Shown in pieces: positions 29,770 to 39,879 of a stretch of DNA of 64,000 nt. Every line of letters begins with the position of its first letter. The stretch's first letter is position 1. The notes under the pieces are model-generated. The model was given only the letters and a program-made list of their open reading frames with translations. It was not told where the DNA came from and did no database searches. The DNA is taken from the NCBI GenBank assembly GCA_000991405.1, contig LBRL01000001.1, positions 456,466 to 520,465 of the forward strand, read 5' to 3'. A program made the translations under genes and the position numbers. The DNA is from Candidatus Nomurabacteria bacterium GW2011_GWD2_36_14 (GTDB lineage: Bacteria > Patescibacteriota > Minisyncoccia > Phycocordibacterales > UBA9973).

Positions 29770-30537
29770 TTATATTTTCGTCAATATTTCTGCCTCTCCT
29801 TCAGTAATTAGAATAGTATGTTCAAAGTGAGCTGAGCGTGAACCGTCTGCTGTTTTGATAGTCCAGTCATCCGACGCACTGACAATCGAAGCCTTGCCAA
29901 TATTTAGCATTGGTTCTATGGCGATAATCATTCCCGGTATAAGCTTGACCCCTTTACCCTTTTTGCCATAGTTCGGTATATATGGATCTTCGTGTATCTT
30001 CACTCCGACTCCATGTCCCGAAAGCTCTCTGACTATACCGTACTTTCTGTTTACAAAGGATTCTATGGCGTGCCCAATATCCCCGACAGTAGCACCTCCC
30101 TGCGCTGCCCAAATGCCCACCTCAAGAGCTTTCTTCGTATAATCGAGAAGTTGCTGATCCTTCTTCGAAATCTTCCCTACAGCGACAGTGACAGCATGGT
30201 CAGTAAATAGTCCCTTGTATTCAAGCCCCAAGTCTAGAGAAACAATATCGCCTTCTTTTAATATTTTCGTTTTAGTAGGAATACCGTGAACTATCTCATT
30301 ATTCACTGATATGCAGATAGTAGCAGGGAAAGCCTTCGGAGCCCCTTCAGGCCTATAATTCAAAAAAGCAGGAATCCCTCCCTCTTTTATTATTAAATCA
30401 TGTGCATATTTATCAAGTTCGAAAGTCGAAATACCAGGCTTTGCCTTCTTGGCAACCTTATCCAATACCCTCGCCAGTATCTTCCCCCCTTCTCTTATAA
30501 TCTTTATTTGTTCTTTATTTTTTACAATAACCGTCAT
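29770..30537 (-). CDS. map: Methionine aminopeptidase type I
   Basis: CISVNNEIVHGIP, GHGVG..IHEDP, AIEPM, SAHFEHT. Confidence 0.97.
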   Translation of the reverse strand: MTVIVKNKEQIKIIREGGKILARVLDKVAKKAKPGISTFELDKYAHDLIIKEGGIPAFLNYRPEGAPKAFPATICISVNNEIVHGIPTKTKILKEGDIVSLDLGLEYKGLFTDHAVTVAVGKISKKDQQLLDYTKKALEVGIWAAQGGATVGDIGHAIESFVNRKYGIVRELSGHGVGVKIHEDPYIPNYGKKGKGVKLIPGMIIAIEPMLNIGKASIVSASDDWTIKTADGSRSAHFEHTILITEGEAEILTKI

Positions 30538-30662
30538 ATATCATCATACTATCCCAAAACCTCAATATAATCAAACCAATTCTCCCAGATAGAGCTCCGG
30601 GCCCTATCTGGGAGAGTGAATTCATTTACCAATCTAAACCTATGGGTTTGAGTTGGTAAAGA

Positions 30663-31205
30663 TTATAAAGAGATAATTCCGTTATATTTAGAACTGATTA
30701 TCAAACCTTTGTACTTAGGTAAATCTACCTTATTGGCTACTTCGGTTTTTTCTGGATATGAGAAAAATATTTTTGTTTTAAAATTAATTCCCAAGAGTTC
30801 ATTTCTAAATGCACATTTATCTATATCCCCAGAGAAAATTACATACTTATGGTCTTTTAGTTTATTAAAAAGTTTTATACTATATTCTTCTATGTTCTTA
30901 AATAAAATAATTCTTTCATCTAAATCTTTTATTTTATCTAGCTCTTTTATGAAGTCATCTTCGTCTCCAGTTGGAATTATTATAATATTTTCATTCATTC
31001 TGCCATTAAGCTGGTCTCTAAATAATTCTTTCGCAGGATCAAAGCCTGTAAAGAATACAATCTTTTCTCCTTGTTCAAACAACTTGGTCATAAGTGATAC
31101 ACTGAAAAATGAAGCTCCACTTTGCACAAAAGCCTTACCGTTTATAAACATTGGAAAATCTTCTTTATTAAAAACCACTTCCTGCTCATTTATTGATATT
31201 TTCAT
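30663..31205 (-). CDS. Hypothetical protein (possible degenerate P-loop fold)
   Basis: 180-aa ORF co-oriented with neighbours; GASFFSVSLM segment; flanked by CCAGATAG...CTATCTGG palindromes. Confidence 0.6.
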   Translation of the reverse strand: MKISINEQEVVFNKEDFPMFINGKAFVQSGASFFSVSLMTKLFEQGEKIVFFTGFDPAKELFRDQLNGRMNENIIIIPTGDEDDFIKELDKIKDLDERIILFKNIEEYSIKLFNKLKDHKYVIFSGDIDKCAFRNELLGINFKTKIFFSYPEKTEVANKVDLPKYKGLIISSKYNGIISL

Positions 31206-31248
31206 AAATTATTCTTCCAGATAGGGGTTGAACCCCTATCTGGGGTTA

Positions 31249-32946
31249 TTAATACACTTCCTGTTGATAGCACTTCTCACAGTATACTATTTCTGGTCGG
31301 TCGGGAGAATATGAGGTTTCGAATTCATTAGTACAACCCTCTTTCATACAAGAGCGATGGTAAAAATGAGGTGAATTACGTAATTGCAATCTTTCATAGT
31401 GACGACAATTAGGACATAACCTAGGTAATGGAATATTCATTCTTTTACAAAAATCAACTTCTTTTTCAATAACCCTAAAAGCCCCAACACATTCATGATG
31501 ACAATTTCCTTGATGAGCACATTCAATAATTTCATTTAAAATATTTTTATCTACATCTTGAATATCATCAGGAATTTCTGCATTTTTTAATGTTATTTTA
31601 TAATCTTGACCTAAAGTTGAATACCATGTAAATCCTTGCTCTTTAGCAACTTGTTCTTCTAATGGAAAAAATTCATATGCTTCTGTTGCCTGATATGGCC
31701 AAGGAGATAACGATGATGGGAAAAATTCACCATACTCACCAGTTGTTTTCATATGTTCAATTATTTTTGGAATCAATTCTTCATATTTTTCTTTTGTATA
31801 CTGTTTATTTAAAATACAATATTCTTTTTTACGAAGTGAAATACATCCAAACAAATTTGAACACGAGGGAAAACAAAAGAAACAATAAGTAAGATTTTTA
31901 CCATTTTGAACAACTTGAGAAGAAAATTTAACATTAGATATCCCACTTCCAACAACTAATGATTCATATATAAGCTCTACATTATCTCCATAATTTGCAT
32001 AATCGTAACAATCATTCACTGGACCAGTTAAAATATTTTGAATAAATTTACTATTTTCAACCTCTTTAACTCTAAAACAATTTAGAGCATTTTTGGACTC
32101 ATAAATATAATCACCTAAAACAGTTAGGTTTTGCTTTCCATGAATAAATTTATGAGGATATTTTAGCCAATGTTTATATGCTTGATCTTTTAATGATTGA
32201 AAATCTTTTTCTGAACCAAAATTAAATTCTGATAATTTCTTTTTATATTCTTCTTTTGTATAAGGCTTATTAAATATATAATATGATTTATTTCGAAGTC
32301 CAATTGAAGCAATACAATTATTACAACCTATGCAATCTTTGCATAAAATTGTATCTTGGCAAATTTCACAATCAACTGAAAAGAAAGTCTTATAGCAAGA
32401 AATAGTATTTACATTACCATAACTTAATTCGCATTGATCTGTCATGTGACTATCTAAACATTCTTTTGATTTTTGATCCCAAATAAGATAAGCAGAATCT
32501 TCTGTAAAAGATGCACCACGTACCAAATAACAACCTTTGATATTATTAGAATTTGTACAATATTCGCAATCTGTAATATACATCATGGAGTGTGCAGGGA
32601 GAGGAACTGTATGTAATAATTCTTTGAATTGTTCAAAAAAAGTTTTAGAAAAATCATAATCCTTACCATATGTAGTTGGGTCCCAATCATCTGAAATCCA
32701 ATAATCTCGATCATAAATTTTTACTGGACTTTCTTCGGGAAACAATGAAAAAATCTTTTTACCATTAAGACTGTCCGTTTTTTTAAATAAATGCCATCCA
32801 TTTCTCCAAGACATTCGACGCTGTAAACGACAATTAGGACAGAAGGTTGGAGGAGGGACTTTAATCTTCTCATAAAAAGAAAAGTCATCAGGTTCAATAA
32901 TAAAGTCTTTTTTACAGTTTTGGCAGGTCTTCGTTTGTGATTCCAT
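31249..32946 (-). CDS. Cys-rich zinc-ribbon/beta-solenoid protein (CPR-typical), paralog 1
   Basis: CQNC, CPNCR..RR, many CxxC, KQYTKE.YE, YGEFFP...SP, LCPNCRH, IVYCEKCYQQEVY. Confidence 0.8.
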   Translation of the reverse strand: MESQTKTCQNCKKDFIIEPDDFSFYEKIKVPPPTFCPNCRLQRRMSWRNGWHLFKKTDSLNGKKIFSLFPEESPVKIYDRDYWISDDWDPTTYGKDYDFSKTFFEQFKELLHTVPLPAHSMMYITDCEYCTNSNNIKGCYLVRGASFTEDSAYLIWDQKSKECLDSHMTDQCELSYGNVNTISCYKTFFSVDCEICQDTILCKDCIGCNNCIASIGLRNKSYYIFNKPYTKEEYKKKLSEFNFGSEKDFQSLKDQAYKHWLKYPHKFIHGKQNLTVLGDYIYESKNALNCFRVKEVENSKFIQNILTGPVNDCYDYANYGDNVELIYESLVVGSGISNVKFSSQVVQNGKNLTYCFFCFPSCSNLFGCISLRKKEYCILNKQYTKEKYEELIPKIIEHMKTTGEYGEFFPSSLSPWPYQATEAYEFFPLEEQVAKEQGFTWYSTLGQDYKITLKNAEIPDDIQDVDKNILNEIIECAHQGNCHHECVGAFRVIEKEVDFCKRMNIPLPRLCPNCRHYERLQLRNSPHFYHRSCMKEGCTNEFETSYSPDRPEIVYCEKCYQQEVY

Positions 32947-33043
32947 AATATGATTATACTAGAATATCAGCCTAAAATATACAGAACCCAAAAGTGCCCC
33001 TAAGCAAGGCTTATAGGGGCACTCTTTATATTTTGTATTATTA

Positions 33044-33088
33044 CTAGAACCTAGTCACTAGCCCCTAGCCCCTAGCCCCTAGAACCTA
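33044..33088. repeat. CTAGNNN heptamer tandem repeat
   Basis: CTAGAAC CTAGTCA CTAGCCC CTAGCCC CTAGCCC CTAGAAC CTA, overlapping the pyrH stop. Confidence 0.8.
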
Positions 33089-33775
33089 ATTCTTGATCGT
33101 TGTCCCTGTAAATGCTTCCCCCTTTAGATAATTATTCAAGCCTTCTAGATTGGAACCAGACATAAATGCCACTTCCATGCCATCTTTTTCTGCCATTTCG
33201 GAAGCTATAGGATCGAATGGTGTGTTAGACCCTGGGGTCCACTTGGATGATATGAATGAGCGATATTCCTTCCATGTAAGATTCTCGAACTTCTTGGCTG
33301 TACTGTTTGTCTTTGGGTCGCTATCGTAAACATAGTCTATATTTGAAAGATTGACTATCTTCTTGGCATTAAGTTCTTTGGCTACTAAGACTGCGTCCGT
33401 ATCGGTTGAACACCCTGGTTGCCATCCTGCTCCTATGATAATATCGTCATTGAACTTTGTAACGTCCCTTGGGTCTATCACTATCTGACCAGAGGTATCT
33501 TTCCCAAAGGCAAGCCTCACAAGTTGAGCATTCAACTGTGTAGAATATATACCCATCCAGTCCAAGTCTTCACTCGTAGCTTCTATGACCTTGCTGAGTG
33601 CCTCATTGTAACGTCGGCAAGTCTTACCACCACCAACAATAATCACAAACCTCTTCCCTTTCTCTACCCATTCTAAAATAATCTTTTTGAAATCTTTGAT
33701 AAATTCTGGATTGGGCATGTCTGGGACAACGATTGCTCCTCCTAGTGATATAATTATTGTTTCTTTTTCTTGCAT
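33086..33775 (-). CDS. pyrH: UMP kinase (archaeal-like type)
   Basis: ISLGG, IVGGGKTCR, DWMGI, PGCSTD, VYDSDPK, PFDP. Confidence 0.9.
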   Translation of the reverse strand: MQEKETIIISLGGAIVVPDMPNPEFIKDFKKIILEWVEKGKRFVIIVGGGKTCRRYNEALSKVIEATSEDLDWMGIYSTQLNAQLVRLAFGKDTSGQIVIDPRDVTKFNDDIIIGAGWQPGCSTDTDAVLVAKELNAKKIVNLSNIDYVYDSDPKTNSTAKKFENLTWKEYRSFISSKWTPGSNTPFDPIASEMAEKDGMEVAFMSGSNLEGLNNYLKGEAFTGTTIKN

Positions 33776-33776
33776 T

Positions 33777-34373
33777 TTATAAATAAGGTTTAATTTTGTT
33801 AATAATATCTGTCTGAATTTCTTCTATTGCTCCTTCCCCATCTATCTCAATATAAATATATCCGGGTTGATTCTTCAGATACTCTATAGAAGGAGTTACA
33901 TCTTTATCATACCAGTCTAGTCTTGTCTCCGTATTCTCTTCTGTATCATCATACCTTCCTCTTCCTAGCATTCTCTTCTTGGAAGTCTCTCGTGAGACTA
34001 TGAAGTCTAATATAATTACATTTTCTCGATTGAAAAATTTTAAAGCTCCATCTACCATTTCTGCCTCTTCTTTACGTCTTGGATAACCGTCTATAAACAT
34101 ATGGTTGTCTTGTTCTAGATTACTGAGCATCGCATTCCCCCAAAGAGATATAGTAAGAAATAATGGTTGAAGTAATCCATTTGCAGTAATATCCTTAGAT
34201 AGATTGCTGGCATAAGAATTCTTTGTAAATAATTCTCGAAATCCATCGCCAGTTGAATAAGCAAACTGCTTTCGATTAGAATCTTCTTTTTCTAAATACT
34301 CTCTTAATAGTTTAAGCTGAGTACCCTTCCCGCAACCTGACCTTCCAAAAAATATAAATGTTTGTGGTTTCAT
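33777..34373 (-). CDS. adk: Adenylate kinase (short, no LID)
   Basis: GRSGCGKGTQ, DGYPR, RGRYDD; canonical position after secY. Confidence 0.85.
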   Translation of the reverse strand: MKPQTFIFFGRSGCGKGTQLKLLREYLEKEDSNRKQFAYSTGDGFRELFTKNSYASNLSKDITANGLLQPLFLTISLWGNAMLSNLEQDNHMFIDGYPRRKEEAEMVDGALKFFNRENVIILDFIVSRETSKKRMLGRGRYDDTEENTETRLDWYDKDVTPSIEYLKNQPGYIYIEIDGEGAIEEIQTDIINKIKPYL

Positions 34374-34477
34374 ATCTCTCTATTATATCCTGTAGTGAAT
34401 TTTTTAACAAAAATCTACTACGGGATTATATACTAAAATTATTAATCATAAAAAAAGACCCGATTATAGGTCTTTTT

Positions 34478-35749
34478 TTAATACTCTCGCATGGACAGTT
34501 GTGCTTCTATCTTTTTAATCAAATCTAAAACAACAGAGACAACGATGAGAAGGGCAGTTCCTCCAATAGCAAAAGCAGAGATATCGGTAATGGCTTTCAT
34601 TATGAGAGGGAGGACTGCTATCAAACCAAGGAAGACTGCACCGATAGTTGTAATGCGTGTGAGAATCTTCTCGATATATTCACGAGTAGCAGGTCCTGGA
34701 CGAATCCCCGGTACAAAGGCACCATTCTTCTGTAAATTTTCTGAAAGCTGATTTGGGTCGAAAGTAACAGCTGTATAGAAGTAAGTAAATAGAAATACAA
34801 ATGCGAAGTAGAATAGTGAGTATAACCAAGTGTTTGCTACAAACCATAGTAATCCATCTGATATAGATTTTAAAATATTATTCTCCATTCCAGCTAAAGC
34901 ATTACCTATGAGCTGAGGGAACATAAGTATAGAAAGTGCAAAGATGATAGGGATAACTCCAGCTTGGTTGACACGTAATGGTAGATAAGTCTGAGTACCT
35001 CCTGCGACATGATCGCCACGTACTTGCTTGGCATAAGTGACTGGTATTGGCCTCTCTGCTTCTGTCATGACGACAACTCCAGCAATAATCAAAAGACCCA
35101 CTGCTAGGAATAATATGTATAGAGGAAGATTGGCAATATTGAAAGTAAACATGAATTGTGCAATTTCCTTTGGAATGCTTGCCACGATACCAGCAAAGAT
35201 AATAAGTGACATACCGTTACCAATACCAAATTCTGATATAAGCTCTCCTATCCACATAATGAGCATTGATCCAGCAACGATGACAGAGAGATTGGCAACC
35301 ATGTTAAACATGGAAAGATCAGCTAGGATCCCCTGCTTCTTAAGCAAGAACAAAAGTGCAAATCCTTGGATGATAGCTAGAGGAACTGTGATCATACGAC
35401 TAAATTGAGTGAATTTCTTGCGTCCAATCTCGCCATCTTCTTGATACATAGCTTTCAAACGAGGAGACATGATAGTCAAAAGTTGCATTATGATAGATGC
35501 AGTAATGTATGGACCAACTCCAAGCATTAGTATAGAAAGAGTTGAGAGTCCTCCACCTGAAAACATGTTTAGGACTCCTAGGAATTGGTTATTGCTGATG
35601 AAAGTCTGAAGACGAAATGCATCAATACCTGGTATTGGAATTGCAGAAAGAAATCTGAATAATACGAGTGCCCCAAGCACAAACAAGACACGATTTCGAA
35701 GTGACTTGTCTGTAAACACCATTCTTATTTTGTCGAAAACATTTTCCAT
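34478..35749 (-). CDS. secY: Preprotein translocase SecY
   Basis: LGVGPYITASII, GIGNG.SL.IF, IPGIRPG-like, GGTALLIVV. Confidence 0.98.
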   Translation of the reverse strand: MENVFDKIRMVFTDKSLRNRVLFVLGALVLFRFLSAIPIPGIDAFRLQTFISNNQFLGVLNMFSGGGLSTLSILMLGVGPYITASIIMQLLTIMSPRLKAMYQEDGEIGRKKFTQFSRMITVPLAIIQGFALLFLLKKQGILADLSMFNMVANLSVIVAGSMLIMWIGELISEFGIGNGMSLIIFAGIVASIPKEIAQFMFTFNIANLPLYILFLAVGLLIIAGVVVMTEAERPIPVTYAKQVRGDHVAGGTQTYLPLRVNQAGVIPIIFALSILMFPQLIGNALAGMENNILKSISDGLLWFVANTWLYSLFYFAFVFLFTYFYTAVTFDPNQLSENLQKNGAFVPGIRPGPATREYIEKILTRITTIGAVFLGLIAVLPLIMKAITDISAFAIGGTALLIVVSVVLDLIKKIEAQLSMREY

Positions 35750-35751
35750 TT

Positions 35752-36180
35752 TTATTTTATACTTCCACCAGCTTTTTCAATCTTCTCTTTGGCAGTTTTA
35801 GAAGTGATACAATCAGTAATTGTTACTTTAACTGTAATCTCTCCATTGCCCAAGATTTTAACTTTTGGCAACTTGCCTCCAACTCGGCGGACTAGGTTAG
35901 CTTCGAATAAAGTTGCTGGACTTATTATAGCACCTGTAGCGAAAACATTGAGAGAACCAACATTCACAGGGGAAGCCTTTATATCGTGTGAAGCGAAACG
36001 GTAACCACGAAGCTTTGGAATCTTCTTGATGATGTCACGCATTTGTGGACGACGCTTGTTACCTGCACGAGCTGTCTGACCCTTGCCTCCACGTCCAGAA
36101 GTCTTACCACGTGTACCTCCACGTCCTACTTGTCGTGACTTTTTATTTGGATGTTCTCTTTTTAGTGTGTGTAATTGCAT
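35752..36180 (-). CDS. rplO: 50S ribosomal protein L15
   Basis: GRGG.RGKTSGRG.KGQ; KIEKAGG. Confidence 0.96.
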   Translation of the reverse strand: MQLHTLKREHPNKKSRQVGRGGTRGKTSGRGGKGQTARAGNKRRPQMRDIIKKIPKLRGYRFASHDIKASPVNVGSLNVFATGAIISPATLFEANLVRRVGGKLPKVKILGNGEITVKVTITDCITSKTAKEKIEKAGGSIK

Positions 36181-36187
36181 AAAATTA

Positions 36188-36895
36188 TTATTTAGTTACT
36201 TCTACTGCTATTTCCTTGGCTTCAACTTTAGCCTCTTCTTCTTGTTCTGCTATAAATGCAGCTACTTTAGGTAATGATGCTATCGCCTTTAATTGGTAAA
36301 GAGTCTTATAAGCAACTCTTGCATTGTTGAGCTTGTTCTTACTTCCTGAGTGAAGCTTGGCTGTAACATTCTTTAATCCTGCAAGGATTAGCATATCACG
36401 AACTGTACTTCCTGCTACAAGTCCCTTACCACGGTTTGGTCTGACAACAAGTTTTGAACTTGAGAACTTTGCAGAGACTTCATGAGTTATAGACATATCT
36501 TTAGTAGTCTTGATCTTGAACATATTCTTCTTGGCTTGGCGAAGAGCTTTGGCTATAGCTATGGCTGTGTCGCCTCCCTTACCTGTACCTAGTCCGATTG
36601 AGCCTTTCTTGTCACCGATAGCAAGCGCCACTGCGAAAGTCATACGACGTCCTCCAGCTACGACACGAGTAACGCGACGAATGGAGACCATCTTCTGATC
36701 AAATTCTGGCTTTGGTCTTTCAAAGAATGTTCTTGGCTTTCTTTCTCCTCCTTGACCCCCTTCACGCTTTGGGAAACGGTTACTAGATCCGAAACTTCTG
36801 TTTGGAGTGTTGGTTCTAGCGCCTGCTTGTGGACGTGGTGATGTTGGTGCTGGTGTTGTAGGTGTAGTATTTTGTTTTGGTGTTGTTGTATCCAT
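36188..36895 (-). CDS. rpsE: 30S ribosomal protein S5 (N-terminal extension)
   Basis: RRVTRVVAGGRR, GLGTGK. Confidence 0.96.
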   Translation of the reverse strand: MDTTTPKQNTTPTTPAPTSPRPQAGARTNTPNRSFGSSNRFPKREGGQGGERKPRTFFERPKPEFDQKMVSIRRVTRVVAGGRRMTFAVALAIGDKKGSIGLGTGKGGDTAIAIAKALRQAKKNMFKIKTTKDMSITHEVSAKFSSSKLVVRPNRGKGLVAGSTVRDMLILAGLKNVTAKLHSGSKNKLNNARVAYKTLYQLKAIASLPKVAAFIAEQEEEAKVEAKEIAVEVTK

Positions 36896-36903
36896 ATATA
36901 ATA

Positions 36904-37248
36904 TTAAAATTTAAGACCTGAAGCACGAGCACTATCTGCTAGAGCTTTAATACGGCCAGTGTACTTGAATCCATTGCGATCAAAGACGCAAGCCTTTATG
37001 CCTTTTGCATTTGATGCTTTAGCTATGAGAGTTCCTACGGCTACAGAGCGTTCAGTCTTGGTACCAGTCTTCACATCCATGTCTGAAGCAGAAGCAATGG
37101 TTGTACCCTTGGAATCATCAATCATTTGAGCATAAATGAAATTGTTGGAGCGGAAAACAGAAAGACGTGGAGATACAGATGTACCAAAAATCTTTGTACG
37201 AATCTTTTTCTTTAATCTTATTCTTTTGTCTAATTTTTTGTTTGCCAT
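36904..37248 (-). CDS. rplR: 50S ribosomal protein L18
   Basis: [20 protein letters not shown]. Confidence 0.97.
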   Translation of the reverse strand: MANKKLDKRIRLKKKIRTKIFGTSVSPRLSVFRSNNFIYAQMIDDSKGTTIASASDMDVKTGTKTERSVAVGTLIAKASNAKGIKACVFDRNGFKYTGRIKALADSARASGLKF

Positions 37249-37259
37249 ATATATTTTGA

Positions 37260-37796
37260 TTATGCAGCCTTCTTACCTTGCTTACGACGAATAACTTCAT
37301 CTGAATAACGAAATCCTTTACCCTTGTAAGGTTCTGGCTTTTTCATTGCCCTCACTGATGCAGTGAATGATCCTACAAGTTCCTTGTCGATACCTGTAAC
37401 TGTTACATTGTTCTTCTCTGCTGTAACGGTAAGTCCTTCTGGTATTTCAACTTTCACAGGGTGTGAGAATCCAAGCGCTAGATTTAGAGCCTTGCCTACT
37501 ACTTCTGACTTGAATCCAACTCCTTCTAGTATAAGCTTCTTGGTATATCCTTCGTTGACGCCTACTACCATGTTCTTCACATGAGAAGCATATGTGCCCC
37601 ATAAAGCATTGACTGTTCTGTCGCCTTCCTTGTTGGGAGTAAAAGTAATTTCATTGCCGGCAATGTGAATAGTGACAGGACCTGTAAAGTCGCGAGTCAA
37701 GGTACCCTTTGGTCCTTTGGCAGAGAAAGTAGTACCAGTAAGCTTTACTTCTGTACCTGCGGGAACTATAACTGTTTGTTTTCCAATTCTACTCAT
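37260..37796 (-). CDS. rplF: 50S ribosomal protein L6
   Basis: [14 protein letters not shown]. Confidence 0.98.
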   Translation of the reverse strand: MSRIGKQTVIVPAGTEVKLTGTTFSAKGPKGTLTRDFTGPVTIHIAGNEITFTPNKEGDRTVNALWGTYASHVKNMVVGVNEGYTKKLILEGVGFKSEVVGKALNLALGFSHPVKVEIPEGLTVTAEKNNVTVTGIDKELVGSFTASVRAMKKPEPYKGKGFRYSDEVIRRKQGKKAA

Positions 37797-37808
37797 ATAT
37801 ATATTTAA

Positions 37809-38195
37809 TTACCACATTTTAAACAATACTTCTCCTCCGACCATTTCTTTACGGGCTTGCTTGTCTGTCATGATACCTTTAGGTGTAGAAAATACTGTGA
37901 TAAGGTTACCACCCTTTGTGTATCTGATATCTTTCATTCCTTTATAAACACGACGGGAGGACTTGGAAACGCGTTCTACTTCATTTACCTTTGGTGCTCC
38001 ATCTACATAAGCTATTCCAAGCTCAAGAATAGGGAAACCTTTCTTTGTCTTCTTTGTAGCAGAAGTTAAATATCCTTCTTTGACAAGACATTCGGCGATT
38101 GCATACTTTATTTTAGAAAATGGAACAGTAACGAACTCGTGACTAGCACGACCTCCATTCTTTACCATATTCACCATGTTTGCTATTTGATCCAT
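37809..38195 (-). CDS. rpsH: 30S ribosomal protein S8
   Basis: DQIANM, STPKGIMTD..AR...GGE. Confidence 0.96.
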   Translation of the reverse strand: MDQIANMVNMVKNGGRASHEFVTVPFSKIKYAIAECLVKEGYLTSATKKTKKGFPILELGIAYVDGAPKVNEVERVSKSSRRVYKGMKDIRYTKGGNLITVFSTPKGIMTDKQARKEMVGGEVLFKMW

Positions 38196-38210
38196 AATAT
38201 TGATTGTGCC

Positions 38211-38264
38211 ATAGGTCAGACCTAGGGTCTTTAATTTATCTTTTGTCCCTAGGTCTGACCTATG
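38211..38264. repeat. Inverted pair of AGGTC(A/T)GACCT palindromes (REPIN-like)
   Basis: ATAGGTCAGACCTAGGG ... CCCTAGGTCTGACCTAT between rpsN and rpsH. Confidence 0.75.
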
Positions 38265-38277
38265 GGCCCTTATTTAT

Positions 38278-38463
38278 CTACCAACTTGATTTACGTACCC
38301 CCGGAAGCATACCTTCGTTTGCTAATTCACGGAAGCATATACGACAAAGACCGAAGTCTCTCATATAAGCATGACCTCGTGAACAACGAAAACAACGATT
38401 TGTTTCTCGTGTACTAAATTTTGACTTTTTTAAATGTCTTGCTGTTACTGATGTTTTTGCCAT
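38278..38463 (-). CDS. rpsN: 30S ribosomal protein S14 (zinc type)
   Basis: 61 aa, RCFRC...[16 protein letters not shown]. Confidence 0.97.
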   Translation of the reverse strand: MAKTSVTARHLKKSKFSTRETNRCFRCSRGHAYMRDFGLCRICFRELANEGMLPGVRKSSW

Positions 38464-38594
38464 AAATAAATTAACTTAAGGGTGAAAACCCTCCATAAGT
38501 AATGATATCTCGTTTATTTTCTTCCTAGTCCTTCCCTAATCTCTTTGAGACGGGCAAAGAAGGAGACAAACGGATCTAAAACTCATGTAGCCCC

Positions 38595-38623
38595 ATACTA
38601 GCAAATGAATGAAAAGATGTCAA
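38595..38623 (-). promoter_or_regulatory. Internal sigma70 promoter for rpsN-secY block
   Basis: TTGACA-TCTTTTCATTCATTTGC-TAGTAT (17-bp spacer). Confidence 0.75.
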
Positions 38624-38673
38624 ATTAAAAGAGAACATTGTCATAAAAAGCAATGTTCTCAGTTTTTTGTATA

Positions 38674-38853
38674 TTATTTCTTTCTTAATACAAACCAAAT
38701 ACCAATAACGATACTTAGTCCATACCCCAATATAGACCCTACTAGGTTCCAATAAAAAGTAGAACCTGTTGTTATATAGCAACCATATTGGCACAACCCA
38801 CCAATAATGGCGAAATCAATAACAATAATCTGGATTGATTTTCTCTTTTTCAT
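38674..38853 (-). CDS. Small membrane protein (59 aa, below ORF-track cut-off)
   Basis: Manual translation MKKRKSIQIIVIDFAIIGGLCQYGCYITTGSTFYWNLVGSILGYGLSIVIGIWFVLRKK*; two TM, basic ends. Confidence 0.6.
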   Translation of the reverse strand: MKKRKSIQIIVIDFAIIGGLCQYGCYITTGSTFYWNLVGSILGYGLSIVIGIWFVLRKK

Positions 38854-38878
38854 TTTCTGGTTTTTAATAGTTTATTTA

Positions 38879-39055
38879 TTACTTTGCAGCACTTTTTACT
38901 GCCAAAAACATTAGCGTTCCTATAACTGCATTTATTATAAAAAAGAAAAATGCATTTATGAATTTTGCATCAATTTCCTGGTGGAAAAAATAAATTCCAC
39001 CGAACAAAGTTATGCAAAATATTAACACCATTAATACAGCAAGAATAGTTTTCAT
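38879..39055 (-). CDS. Small membrane protein (58 aa, below ORF-track cut-off)
   Basis: Manual translation MKTILAVLMVLIFCITLFGGIYFFHQEIDAKFINAFFFFIINAVIGTLMFLAVKSAAK*; promoter TTGACA-17-TATACT at 39243-39215. Confidence 0.6.
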   Translation of the reverse strand: MKTILAVLMVLIFCITLFGGIYFFHQEIDAKFINAFFFFIINAVIGTLMFLAVKSAAK

Positions 39056-39443
39056 AATTCAATTATTTTGATTTATATTATTGTTACCTATTTCAAAAAT
39101 CCTCAAAAGACTCTTGAAATAGATAACAATTTATCCGCCGAAGAGGCCGAATTAGCCAAAAAGCTATATAAATCAACTAAAAACCAAAAATATCAAAGAA
39201 CTTAATACTCGTATAGTATAGCATATTTGAGTCAATTTGTCAATGATTTTTAAGGCACATTCAACCTCATTATCCAGTCCTAAGCCACGCTTAGGACTGA
39301 TACTTAAAACTAGCGACTGCCCCTGTTACCGAAGCCTTGCTTCGGTAAACCTTTATTTTTAAAGGATTTAATCTCAATTTTAGACAAAAAAATCAGCACT
39401 TATACCATAACGATACAAGTGCCTCATTTCTTAGATTTAAATT

Positions 39444-39770
39444 TTACTTAATGGAAACATCTCTCAAAAGCTCTTTTTCAACCTTCCTCTTTTTTTTATC
39501 AAGACCCAAAATAGTGATTTCACTATTCTTAGAAGTAAAATTATACTTTTTATACTTCCCATGAAATTCCTGCTTTTCGGTAAGGTAATAGAACCCACCA
39601 TTCTTAATTTTCCAAAAAGAAACTGTTACATTTTTGTGCTCAATAATTTTTGCTGGACTTAATACCAGCATTGTCTTCGTCAGCTCTCTAAAAATTCTTT
39701 CAGATTTTTTAGCACTAACTAACAAAGATAGCAAAAACAACACAACGATAATCATTACTCGCTTTTTCAT
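39444..39770 (-). CDS. Hypothetical secreted basic protein
   Basis: Signal-peptide-like N-terminus MKKRVMIIVVLFLLSLLVSA. Confidence 0.55.
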   Translation of the reverse strand: MKKRVMIIVVLFLLSLLVSAKKSERIFRELTKTMLVLSPAKIIEHKNVTVSFWKIKNGGFYYLTEKQEFHGKYKKYNFTSKNSEITILGLDKKKRKVEKELLRDVSIK

Positions 39771-39840
39771 AGTCTTTGGTTTTAAATTTATATATATACT
39801 TCCATTTTATAAGAAATTTGTCAAAGATTTTTATATCACA

Positions 39841-39866
39841 AAAATACCCCCTTTCGGGAGTATTTT
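39841..39866 (-). terminator. Intrinsic terminator after rplE
   Basis: AAAATACCCC...GGGAGTATTTT hairpin just past the rplE stop. Confidence 0.7.
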
Positions 39867-39879
39867 AAAGTAATTTGTC

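Noticed and set aside
31249-32946. Diversity-generating retroelement target/template pair with 52761-54512
   Set aside because: No reverse transcriptase in the window and no near-identical nucleotide repeat differing only at adenines; the similarity is ordinary paralogy
38576-38794. 72-aa ORF from the track
   Set aside because: Overlaps a better two-TM ORF (38674-38853) in another frame and the rpsN promoter
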